Source: Pseudolabrys sp.
GTDB taxonomy: Bacteria; Pseudomonadota; Alphaproteobacteria; Rhizobiales; Xanthobacteraceae
Assembly (NCBI GenBank): GCA_036398395.1
Contig: DASWPX010000114.1
Location: 1 to 40,123 of the forward strand
Direction: 5' to 3'
DNA: 40,123 bases
Translations under genes and position numbers: made by a program
Notes under the pieces: generated by a model
The model's database searches: none
What the model saw: only the letters and a program-made list of their open reading frames with translations
What the model was told of the DNA's origin: nothing
Shown: one piece after another, positions 19,243 through 27,999 of the stretch
Layout of the letters: each line of letters opens with the position of its first letter
How positions within the stretch are numbered: position 1 is the first letter of the stretch

Positions 19243-20502
19243 TCAGGCCGGCCAAGCCAACTTGCAGCCGGTGTCTTCAAGCGTCCCGGCGATGTCGGCG
19301 CCCTTGACCACGTTGGTCACCTTGAACAAGTCGTCATCGGCGCTGCCCTTGGCTTGCGCGTTGCCGACATACAGGTTCGGGATGAGCTGGTTCTGGCCTT
19401 CGCGGTAATAGGCGCCGTCCGGCATCAGCGCGATTTCCGGCGGCAGCTTGAAGCCCTGCAGGGCCTTGGCCATTTGGACCGCCTCGAGCGATTTGGCGTT
19501 GTTGGCAGCGAGCGCGCAGGTCCAGGTCGAGGCAAAGCCGAACCAGGTACGCGCGGTGGGCACGCGGCCGGTCTTGGCCTTGATGGCCGCGACGAATTCC
19601 GCGACGTGCGGAACGCCGGGCTGATTCCAGTACCACTCGAATACCCAGGTGCCGACACGGGCTTCCGGCGGCAGGCCTTCCAGCGGCCCAAGCTCCTGCT
19701 GCGCGCCGGCGAGATGGAGCTTCTTGTCGAGACCGAATTGCACGGCCTGCTTGAGCGCGTTCACCATGTCGTCGCCCTGGACGAGGAAGATGATGATGTC
19801 CGGGTTCGCGGACTGCGCCTTGATCAGGTAGGACGAGAAATCCGTGGTGCCGAGCGGGGTGAGGTCGCCGCCGACCTTGACGCCGCCGAGCGGGCCAGCC
19901 GCTTTTTCCAAGCCAGCCTGCAGGGTGTGGCCGAACGCATAATCCGGCGTGATGTAATACCATTTCTTGCCGTAATCCTTGATCAGCGTGCTGGCGACGG
20001 CATTGGCTTCCATCTGGGTCGTGTTGCAGACGCGGAACACGTTCCAGTGACAGGACGCGCCGGTCACCGCATCGGTATGGCCGCCAGGAACGATGTGGAG
20101 GATGTTCTTCTCGAAGGCCACGCCGGCCATGGCGAGGGCCAGCGCCGAGTTGATGTTGCCGAGCAGGAAGTTGATCTGATCGCGGTCGATCAGCTTGCGC
20201 GCCTTCTGCACGGCGGTCGCCGCGTCGCCGCTGGTCGAGTCTTCGACGAGCAGTTCGGCCTGACGACCGAGGATGCCGCCTTTGGCGTTGATCTGCTCGA
20301 TGGCGAGCTGGCAGCCGGTCAGTTCGTTCTTTCCGACCGCGGCATAGGTGCCGGTCAGCGGGTTATCGAGGCCGATCTTCACGTTGTCGGCCGCCCAAGT
20401 CGGGATGACGAACGGCGATGCAATCTGCACAACGCCGGCGGCAGCCGCGGTTTTGATAACCGTACGGCGGTCAAGTTTGGTCGTCAGAAATCCATTTTTC
20501 AT
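19243..20502 (-). CDS. Liv-type ABC substrate-binding protein with Tat signal
   Basis: LDRRTVIK twin-Arg; PLTGTYA, INAKGGILGR, PDYAFG; GGGAGG RBS favours start 20502. Confidence 0.92.
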   Translation of the reverse strand: MKNGFLTTKLDRRTVIKTAAAAGVVQIASPFVIPTWAADNVKIGLDNPLTGTYAAVGKNELTGCQLAIEQINAKGGILGRQAELLVEDSTSGDAATAVQKARKLIDRDQINFLLGNINSALALAMAGVAFEKNILHIVPGGHTDAVTGASCHWNVFRVCNTTQMEANAVASTLIKDYGKKWYYITPDYAFGHTLQAGLEKAAGPLGGVKVGGDLTPLGTTDFSSYLIKAQSANPDIIIFLVQGDDMVNALKQAVQFGLDKKLHLAGAQQELGPLEGLPPEARVGTWVFEWYWNQPGVPHVAEFVAAIKAKTGRVPTARTWFGFASTWTCALAANNAKSLEAVQMAKALQGFKLPPEIALMPDGAYYREGQNQLIPNLYVGNAQAKGSADDDLFKVTNVVKGADIAGTLEDTGCKLAWPA

Positions 20503-20897
20503 CGGCATCCTCCCTAAGATTTTTTTATGGGCGTCTTATATTCGCAAGACACCCGCCCCCTCGCGGGTATTCGCATGCGAAGCGTGGCTTTCCCGGCGGC
20601 CACATTAGAGTGTGTTGGCGAACGGACGCAAGGCTGCCGCGCACCCCCAATCGGGTGCGTGGTGCGCGACGCAAAGATGACCGCTTAACGGCCGCCCGAG
20701 CCGGCGGCCGGCAACTTCTTTGGTCTATATGACGGGCGCAACATCAAGAGATTAAACAAGAATTTCATTTTTAATGGCAACAATTCCTTCCGCTCTCAAT
20801 CCAACAATGACGATACCGCCGCATCATCGCCATGAGTGAGGCTGTCATAGGCTGATGGCCCGTTACGGGCCAAGCCGGCCGCAACAGGAGACCGCAC

Positions 20898-22652
20898 GTG
20901 AAAGGCCTATTCGCGAAGCTCGCCACTATCTGGCGGATTGCCAGTCCCTATTTCAGTTCGGAGGACCGCTGGCCGGCCCGGCTGATGCTTTCCGGATTGA
21001 TCGCCATCGAGTTATCGATTGTCGGCATCAACGTGCTGCTCAATGCCTGGAACAACGATTTTTACAACGCGCTGCAGGACAAGAACTGGAATGCCTTCGT
21101 CTATCAGCTTGCCTATTTCAGCGTGCTGGCCGGCTTGCTCATCGTCCTCCAGGTCTACCAGCTCTACCTCAATCAATGGCTGCAGATCCGCTGGCGGCGA
21201 TGGCTCACCCGGCACTACATCGACAAGTGGCTTGGCGGCGCCAACCACTACCGCATGCAGCTTCTCGGTGACGCCGCCGACAATCCCGACCAGCGCATCG
21301 CGGAAGACATCAAGCAATTCATCGACGGCGGGCCGTCGCAACTCGGCATTTTGGCGATCGGCCTTGGCCTGCTGAATTCCATCGTCACGCTGGGGTCGTT
21401 CGTCGTGATTTTGTGGAATCTGTCGGCGACCGCGCCGCTGCATCTGTTCGGCAGCGTCTGGGCCATTCCCGGCTATCTGGTCTGGGCGGCGCTGATCTAT
21501 GCCGTGCTGGGCACCGTGCTCACGCACTGGGTCGGCTGGCCGCTGATCGCGCTGAACTTCCAGCAGCAGCATTTCGAGGCCGATTTCCGCTTCAATCTGG
21601 TCAGGGTACGCGAGAACTCCGAGCAGATCGCGCTCCTGGAAGGCGAACATGCCGAAGAGGCGCGGGCGCTGGGCGCCTTCGCCCGCATCATCGCCAACTG
21701 GCGGCTGATCATGACGCGCACCAAGCGGCTGACCTTTCTCACGGCAGGCTATAATCAGGCGTCGGTCATATTCCCGTTCATCGTCGGCAGTCCGGCTTAT
21801 TTCGCCGGCGCGGTGCAATTGGGCGGCCTGATGCAGACGGCCTCGGCCTTCGGCCAGGTTCAGACCGCATTGTCGTTCTTCATCAACATCTATCGCGGCC
21901 TGGCGGAATGGCGCGCCGTGATCGACCGCCTCGACGGTTTCGACAATTCGGTCGCTGCCGCGCGCGCGGTGGCCGTGACGTCGCCGGTGATCGCGGTGAC
22001 GCCAAGCGAGGGCGCAAGCATCGCGTTCAAGGACCTGGCTGTGCGGCTGCCGAACGGCGAGCCGCTGGTGACTGCGACCGACATATCGCTCGCGCTCGGC
22101 GAGCGTGTGCTGGTGTCGGGCCCGTCCGGATCCGGCAAGTCCACTTTATTCCGCGCGCTGGGCGGCATCTGGCCCTTCGGCTCCGGCACCGTGCTGGTGC
22201 CGAAGAACGCCAGGGTCATGCTGCTGCCGCAACGGCCCTATTTTCCCATTGCACCTTTGGGCTCGGCCATCGCCTATCCCGCCGAGCCGGGGACGTTCGA
22301 CAACGCCAAGATCGCGGAACTGATTGGGGCGGTCGGCCTGCCCGGTCTGGTACCGCGGATCGAGGAGGAAGCGCACTGGAACCGGATGCTGTCGCTCGGC
22401 GAGCAGCAGCGTCTGGGCATTGCCCGCGCCATCCTGCATGCGCCGGACTATCTGTTCCTCGACGAAGCCACCGCATCGCTCGACGAGGCAGCCGAAGCCG
22501 CGCTTTACAAACTGCTGGAACAAAGGCTGGCGGCCGCGACCATCGTCTCGATCGGCCACCGCTCGACCCTCGCCGCGTTCCATCGGCGGCGTTTGGCGTT
22601 CAATCGTGAGGGGGATCGTTACACACTGCGCGAGGGCAGCCTCACGCCGTAA
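20898..22652 (+). CDS. SbmA/BacA-domain ABC transporter permease/ATPase (BclA/YddA-like)
   Basis: DNPDQRIAED, EADFRF, GPSGSGKS, LSLGEQQR, LDEAT, SIGHR; AGGAG RBS with GTG start. Confidence 0.88.
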   Translation: MKGLFAKLATIWRIASPYFSSEDRWPARLMLSGLIAIELSIVGINVLLNAWNNDFYNALQDKNWNAFVYQLAYFSVLAGLLIVLQVYQLYLNQWLQIRWRRWLTRHYIDKWLGGANHYRMQLLGDAADNPDQRIAEDIKQFIDGGPSQLGILAIGLGLLNSIVTLGSFVVILWNLSATAPLHLFGSVWAIPGYLVWAALIYAVLGTVLTHWVGWPLIALNFQQQHFEADFRFNLVRVRENSEQIALLEGEHAEEARALGAFARIIANWRLIMTRTKRLTFLTAGYNQASVIFPFIVGSPAYFAGAVQLGGLMQTASAFGQVQTALSFFINIYRGLAEWRAVIDRLDGFDNSVAAARAVAVTSPVIAVTPSEGASIAFKDLAVRLPNGEPLVTATDISLALGERVLVSGPSGSGKSTLFRALGGIWPFGSGTVLVPKNARVMLLPQRPYFPIAPLGSAIAYPAEPGTFDNAKIAELIGAVGLPGLVPRIEEEAHWNRMLSLGEQQRLGIARAILHAPDYLFLDEATASLDEAAEAALYKLLEQRLAAATIVSIGHRSTLAAFHRRRLAFNREGDRYTLREGSLTP

Positions 22653-22678
22653 CCGGTATCGAGCTCTTCAAACGAAAT

Positions 22679-22709
22679 CGGGCGGCGATTCCTTGGGAAT
22701 CGCCGCCCG
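22679..22709. terminator. hairpin between convergent genes (likely bidirectional terminator)
   Basis: Perfect 14-bp stem CGGGCGGCGATTCC-TTG-GGAATCGCCGCCCG. Confidence 0.75.
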
Positions 22710-22737
22710 TTCGCAGCCAAAGAGGCAGTCGATTAGA

Positions 22738-23574
22738 CTACTTGAGGGCCGACAGAGTCGTGTCGAACTTCAAAGTCGCTACGAAGGTATTGCCCGCGAC
22801 GTTGGTGTTGACCGCGTTGAAGGCAGCAGCCTTGGTGCCAAGATCGGTGCCCCAGTAACGCAGGTCAAGGGTCACAGCCTTATAGTTGAAGTCGAGGCCG
22901 ACATCCCAGTAGGTGAAGTCGGTGCAGCCCGTGCAACGAGCCCATTGACGACCAACCTCAGGATTGACCGACGTGACGATGCCATAAGGCATGAACGCCG
23001 GCAGTGTGATGGTGGCGTTGCCCGAATAGTAGCCTTCGTCCTTGCTGCCGATGATACCGACACCGTTGTTGTTGTTGTTGCCGTAGTCGACAACAGCACC
23101 GAGGGTCAGCCAATCGTTAACTTTGTAGCTCGGGATGGCGTAGAAGTCGCCGAAGCTGCCGTTGCCCGCACCGCCGGCCAGAACGCCCGCGTGGATGCCT
23201 TCCAGGTAGCCGTAGTAGACATAGCCGACATCGAGGCCGAAGTTGCCCCAGGTGAAGCGGGCGCCGCCGCTGAGGTCGAACTCACCATCGGCATAGCCGT
23301 AGTACATAGTGTAGCCATGGACGCCGGCATAGAACTTGAGCCAATCCGTGGCGGTGTAGTCGACTTCAAAGTAGCCGTTTTCCGACGGATGCTTGTTCGA
23401 CTGCGAAACGCCACGCAGACGATAGTCCGTCTGGAAGGCGACGCCGAAGGCGACATCCCACGGCGACGGCGCGGCAACCGGAGCCTTCAAGGCCTTTACC
23501 GGCATATCCGCTGCAAAGGCGGGAGCCGCAGAGACTGCGAGCGCCGCGAGTGCTGACAAAACAACTTTATTCAT
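22738..23574 (-). CDS. TorF/Gcw_chp family outer-membrane beta-barrel (putative porin)
   Basis: Signal peptide AFA|ADMPVKA; TDYRLRGVSQS, LDVGYVYYGY, TLDLRYWGTD. Confidence 0.85.
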   Translation of the reverse strand: MNKVVLSALAALAVSAAPAFAADMPVKALKAPVAAPSPWDVAFGVAFQTDYRLRGVSQSNKHPSENGYFEVDYTATDWLKFYAGVHGYTMYYGYADGEFDLSGGARFTWGNFGLDVGYVYYGYLEGIHAGVLAGGAGNGSFGDFYAIPSYKVNDWLTLGAVVDYGNNNNNGVGIIGSKDEGYYSGNATITLPAFMPYGIVTSVNPEVGRQWARCTGCTDFTYWDVGLDFNYKAVTLDLRYWGTDLGTKAAAFNAVNTNVAGNTFVATLKFDTTLSALK

Positions 23575-23946
23575 AGAGCCTGCCCCTTTTAGGTTCGATC
23601 GACTTTCAGCCGATACAATTCGCTCATCCGTTCGCGTACAAGAAACCTGGCTGCGATCGACCCGTACGCGACAGGACGTGCATTAGGGTCAAATTTACAC
23701 ATGTGACAGCGGTTACCGTCGAGTCGAAAACGCAATCATTTGCCGCGTTTTTAGGCAAATCGGGCTTTCAGCGATAGAATGGTTTGAACTGTTGCGCGGA
23801 TGACACATTTTTCGCCGCCCAAATAGGTATTTCCAAGCTTTTTAGGCAGTAAACCGGCCAAAATGACCGCGCACCGGCCTTCGCCAGGGGCCGCCTGTGA
23901 AAAACTTTTCGGTTTTGGCGCTAACCCACTGCAAAACATCAAGAAT

Positions 23947-23978
23947 CAGACACCCGCCGAAACAGCGGCGGGTGTCTG
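23947..23978 (-). terminator. probable terminator
   Basis: Perfect 13-bp stem CAGACACCCGCCG-N6-CGGCGGGTGTCTG, followed on the minus strand by a T-rich tract. Confidence 0.7.
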
Positions 23979-24020
23979 GAAACATAAAAGCATCGTGCAG
24001 ATGCCGCAGTGCGGCAGCGG

Positions 24021-25094
24021 TCAGGCCGCCGCTTTTTTTCGATTCGCGGCGAGCAATTCGTCGACCAGTGCGACATTGGCGTCGATCACCGGATGGCTCA
24101 GGCCCTTCTGCTTGGCGATGAGCTGCACCAGCTTGTCGGCGCGTTCGATATTGGGCGCGCCGTTGTACAGAGCGCGCGCCGCGGAGGCCGGCCGCGACAG
24201 GCTCTGCGCCGCGGCGGCATATTTCTCGAACGGCACCAGGTCGTTCGGATTGGCGCCGAGCTTGACGCAGAGGTCGAACACGAAATTGTACACCGACTTC
24301 GATTCCTCGATGTTGGTGTGCACCGCTTCCTTGGCGGTGCGCATGCCGTCCTTGGTGATGCAGCGATAATTGCCGGCGAGCAGCATCGACCATTTGGCGA
24401 GCGGCACGAAAATCGAGTCGTTCACGCGCAGCTTGACCGGCAATTCGATCTTGACGCCATCGCCGGGATCGAAGCGCACCGCGTCGATGTCCTTCTCGAT
24501 GTTGCGCAGGATCGACGTGTAAGTTTCATCGTCGAATTTTGCGACCTTGAAGTTGGTCGGCAGCGTAACCAGAAGCTCGTTGGCTTTGCCGTCCGGTGGG
24601 CGGATCGCCTGCGGATCGGGGCTGCACAGGGTCAGCAGACCGGGATCGAAATTGTCCCACACAGTGGGATCGGTATAAGCCGGCTTGAGCAGATCGTAAT
24701 TGAGGCCGGGGATACGCTTGATGTAAGGCAGCGGCGGCATGTTCATGATCGACATGCAGGGCACCCTGGACGTCGCGACCGCATCGAGCAGTTCGCGCAC
24801 GCCGGGCGAGCGGTACTGCGGCTCCTGCATCGCGAGCCCGACCAGATCGTAGTCTTTCGGATTGACGCCGGCGGCGCCGCCTGCGGTCACCTTGCCCGGC
24901 AGCTTGCGCGAGTCGAGTTCGACCAGGTCCTTGCGGCCTTTGACGGGCAGGCGCACGCGGAAGCCTTCGGCATTGATCAGGTCGGCCTCCGCGGGCAGGC
25001 AGACGTGATGAATCTTGTGCCCGCCGAACAGCATTTTCGAGGCCAGTAACGACCCATAGGCCGCGCCCAGGATCAGGATGTTGTACGCCGGCAT
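24021..25094 (-). CDS. conserved Rossmann-fold protein, ketopantoate-reductase-like
   Basis: NILILGAAYGS, LAMQEPQY, IMNMPP; GGGAG RBS. Confidence 0.65.
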   Translation of the reverse strand: MPAYNILILGAAYGSLLASKMLFGGHKIHHVCLPAEADLINAEGFRVRLPVKGRKDLVELDSRKLPGKVTAGGAAGVNPKDYDLVGLAMQEPQYRSPGVRELLDAVATSRVPCMSIMNMPPLPYIKRIPGLNYDLLKPAYTDPTVWDNFDPGLLTLCSPDPQAIRPPDGKANELLVTLPTNFKVAKFDDETYTSILRNIEKDIDAVRFDPGDGVKIELPVKLRVNDSIFVPLAKWSMLLAGNYRCITKDGMRTAKEAVHTNIEESKSVYNFVFDLCVKLGANPNDLVPFEKYAAAAQSLSRPASAARALYNGAPNIERADKLVQLIAKQKGLSHPVIDANVALVDELLAANRKKAAA

Positions 25095-25215
25095 AATCAA
25101 CCACTCCCTAGTTTTCTGCAGAAATGCGAGCGAGTTCGGGCCCTTAAGGCCATCCCTCTGATTATTCACATGCTATTGCGCCCAGCCTGGCGATGCAATC
25201 GCGGGCGGCCAAAGA

Positions 25216-25458
25216 CTACTGGCCGTCGGGCTTGTTACCGAAAAACCCGCCAAACATCAGGGGCTGCTCCGGAGGCGACGGCGGCGGGGGTACCACCGGC
25301 GCAGGCGCCGGTTTCGGCGTGAAGGGCCGCTTCTTGTTCCGCGGCTTGGCCTTGGATTTCTTCGCCACCTTCTTCAGGCCCTTCTTCTTGCGGGCCGGGG
25401 CGGCGCGTTTCGCTTTCTTGGACTTCTTCGCTTTCGTCTTCTTCCGCTTCTTCGCCAT
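25216..25458 (-). CDS. small Lys/Arg-rich, Pro-tailed (histone-H1-like) protein
   Basis: GGGAGA RBS, AAG-biased codons, 26 of the first 44 residues K/R. Confidence 0.75.
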   Translation of the reverse strand: MAKKRKKTKAKKSKKAKRAAPARKKKGLKKVAKKSKAKPRNKKRPFTPKPAPAPVVPPPPSPPEQPLMFGGFFGNKPDGQ

Positions 25459-25476
25459 GATCGTTCTCCCGATCGG

Positions 25477-26781
25477 TTAAACCAAATTCCTCAATGGCTC
25501 CGGCACGGGACCGCCCGTCGCCCAGTCGAGCAATTCGACCGTATGGACGACCGGGATGGCGGTGCCGGTGCCGATCTGGGTGATGCAGCCTATATTGCCG
25601 GCCGCGATCACATCCGGCACCAGCTTTTCGATATTGCCGACCTTGCGGTCCCGCAACTTGGCGGCCAGTGCCGGCTGAAGAATGTTGTAGGTGCCAGCCG
25701 AGCCGCAACACAGATGACCTTCCGGCACATCTTTCACCACGAAGCCGAGCTTGGAAAGCAGTTCTTTCGGCTCGCGCACGACTTTCTGGCCGTGTTGCAG
25801 CGAGCAGGCCGAATGATAGGCGACCGTAAGCGCGCCAACCGGCGCGGCCTTCAATTTGAGCGTGGCAAGATACTCGGTGATGTCCTTGGCAAGCGCGGAA
25901 ACGCGCGCCGCTTTCGCGGCATAGAGCGGATCGGTACGCAGCAGGAAACCATAGTCTTTGATCGTCGTGCCGCAGCCGGAAACCGTGATCAGAATGGCGT
26001 CGAGGCCCTCGCCCTCGATTTCGGCGGTCCAGGCGTCGATATTATTGCGCGCCTTCGCCAATGCTTGCGCCTCATGTCCCATATGATGTTCGAGCGACCC
26101 GCAGCAGGCCTCGCCTTTCGCCACCACGACCTCGACGCCATGGCGGTTGAGGATGCGGATCGCGGCTTCGTTGGTGGATGGCGCCAGCACCGGATTGATG
26201 CAGCCGGACAATAGCGCCACCCGCCCCCGCTTGCCGTTTTCGGCTGAATGAACCTTGCCGGTCAGTTCGCCCGGCGGCGCGAGCTTGTGACGCGGCGCCA
26301 GCCGCAGCATCGCCGCCATCCGGCGCAAGCCGACGAGTTCGAGCACCGGCGCAAAGGGCCGAGCGATTTGCCCAGTCACCGACGCGAGCCGGAACAGCGC
26401 CGGGTCGGTAAGCACGCGCCCCAGCACGGCGCGCAGCAGCCGGTCAAACAGCGGGCGCGTATAGGTTTTCTCGATGTGATCGCGGGCGTGATCGACCAGG
26501 TGCATGTAATTCACACCCGATGGGCAGGTCGTCATGCAGGCCAGGCAGGACAGACAGCGGTCGATATGTTTGACCACCTCGGGAGTGGCCGGGCGATCCT
26601 GCTCGAGCATTTCCTTGATGAGATAGATGCGTCCGCGCGGCGAATCGAGTTCATCGCCGAGCAGCACATAAGTCGGGCAGGTGGCGGTGCAGAAACCACA
26701 ATGCACGCAGGCGCGCAGAATTTTTTCCGAGGCATAAGTCTGCGGATCGGCCAGTTGCGCGAGGCTAAAGGTGGTTTGCAT
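25477..26781 (-). CDS. glcF: glycolate oxidase Fe-S subunit
   Basis: CVHCGFCTATCP, CLSCLACMTTCP, two CCG domains. Confidence 0.96.
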   Translation of the reverse strand: MQTTFSLAQLADPQTYASEKILRACVHCGFCTATCPTYVLLGDELDSPRGRIYLIKEMLEQDRPATPEVVKHIDRCLSCLACMTTCPSGVNYMHLVDHARDHIEKTYTRPLFDRLLRAVLGRVLTDPALFRLASVTGQIARPFAPVLELVGLRRMAAMLRLAPRHKLAPPGELTGKVHSAENGKRGRVALLSGCINPVLAPSTNEAAIRILNRHGVEVVVAKGEACCGSLEHHMGHEAQALAKARNNIDAWTAEIEGEGLDAILITVSGCGTTIKDYGFLLRTDPLYAAKAARVSALAKDITEYLATLKLKAAPVGALTVAYHSACSLQHGQKVVREPKELLSKLGFVVKDVPEGHLCCGSAGTYNILQPALAAKLRDRKVGNIEKLVPDVIAAGNIGCITQIGTGTAIPVVHTVELLDWATGGPVPEPLRNLV

Positions 26782-26784
26782 CTG

Positions 26785-27999
26785 TTATATCCCCGCCCAC
26801 ATGCGGCCGGGATTGAGCACGCCTTTTGGATCGAAGCCGTCCTTAATACGCTTGTTGAGACCGGCGAGACCCGGTTCTTGCGGCTCGAATACATCGACCG
26901 CGGCCCGCAACGACGCCGGTGCGCGCACCAGCGTGGCGTGGCCGCCGAGCTTGGCCACCGCGCCGCGGATCGACGCGGCATCGGGTTCGTCGGCGAAAGG
27001 CATCGCCACCCAGATCAGCCCGCCGCCCCAGTCGTAATACATCTGAGCCGCAGGCGTGATCGCCGCGGCGATCTCGTGGCCCTTGCTGGGCGCGGTCGAA
27101 ATGCGCCACAGCGGCCGGCCCCGCGCGGCCTCCGCGGCGAACGGCTTGACCTGGCGCACGCTGCGCCAGAGCGCCCGCGATTGCGTTTCATCGAGCAGCG
27201 CGACCGGGCCGAATGGTTTCATCAGCGCGGCCAGTGTTTCCTTGCGGTGCGCGACCGAAGGAGCGACGCCTTCCAGCCGCAGCACGGTGGCGGCCTCCGC
27301 GCGCGGCAGCCCGTCAAAATAGGACGCCACATGATCGGGCAGATGGGCGGCGCCGGACACGTCGCAGGCAGAGCCCATGGCAGCCGCCATCGCGGTGCAG
27401 GCGCGGGCGTCGTCGAGGCCCTCGACCGCCACGGTCGCCTCGGTCTCGGCCTTCGGCAGCACTTTGACGGTGACATCGGTCATCGCGGCGAGCGTGCCCC
27501 AGGAACCGGCCAGGACCTTGCACATGTCGTAGCCGGTGACGTTCTTCACCACGCGGCCACCGGATTTTATCGTCTCAGCGCGCCCGGTCACTGCGGTGAC
27601 GCCGAGGAAATGATCGCGCGCGGCGCCGGCCTTGATGCGCCGCGGGCCGGATAGATTGGTGGCGATGGTGCCGCCGATGCTGCCCTGCCCGGCTTCGCCG
27701 CCAAGCAGCGGGCCGTAATCCATCGGCTCGAAAGCCAGTTCCTGGTTGTTCTTGTCGAGCAACGCCTCGATTTCCGCCAGTGGCGTGCCGGCCCGGGCCG
27801 AGAGCACCAGTTCGGCCGGCTCATACAGCGTGACGCCGGAAAGCCCCGACAGATCGAGCGTCAAGTCGGTCTGGCTCGGCCGACCGAGGGCGCGCTTTGA
27901 GCCGTGCCCGGCCACTTCCAGCGCCTTGTCGTTGCCGAGCGCCCAGCGCACGGCATCCTCGACCTCTTTGGCGTCGCGGGGCTTCAGCGTGTCGGTCAT
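26785..27999 (-). CDS. glcE: glycolate oxidase FAD subunit
   Basis: GGRVVKNVTGYD, DWGGGLIW, FDPKGVLNPGR. Confidence 0.95.
   Translation of the reverse strand: MTDTLKPRDAKEVEDAVRWALGNDKALEVAGHGSKRALGRPSQTDLTLDLSGLSGVTLYEPAELVLSARAGTPLAEIEALLDKNNQELAFEPMDYGPLLGGEAGQGSIGGTIATNLSGPRRIKAGAARDHFLGVTAVTGRAETIKSGGRVVKNVTGYDMCKVLAGSWGTLAAMTDVTVKVLPKAETEATVAVEGLDDARACTAMAAAMGSACDVSGAAHLPDHVASYFDGLPRAEAATVLRLEGVAPSVAHRKETLAALMKPFGPVALLDETQSRALWRSVRQVKPFAAEAARGRPLWRISTAPSKGHEIAAAITPAAQMYYDWGGGLIWVAMPFADEPDAASIRGAVAKLGGHATLVRAPASLRAAVDVFEPQEPGLAGLNKRIKDGFDPKGVLNPGRMWAGI

Noticed and set aside
23731-23745. Possible sigma54 promoter for the porin (minus strand CGGCAAATGATTGCG)
   Set aside because: GG-to-GC spacing is 9 nt rather than the required 10
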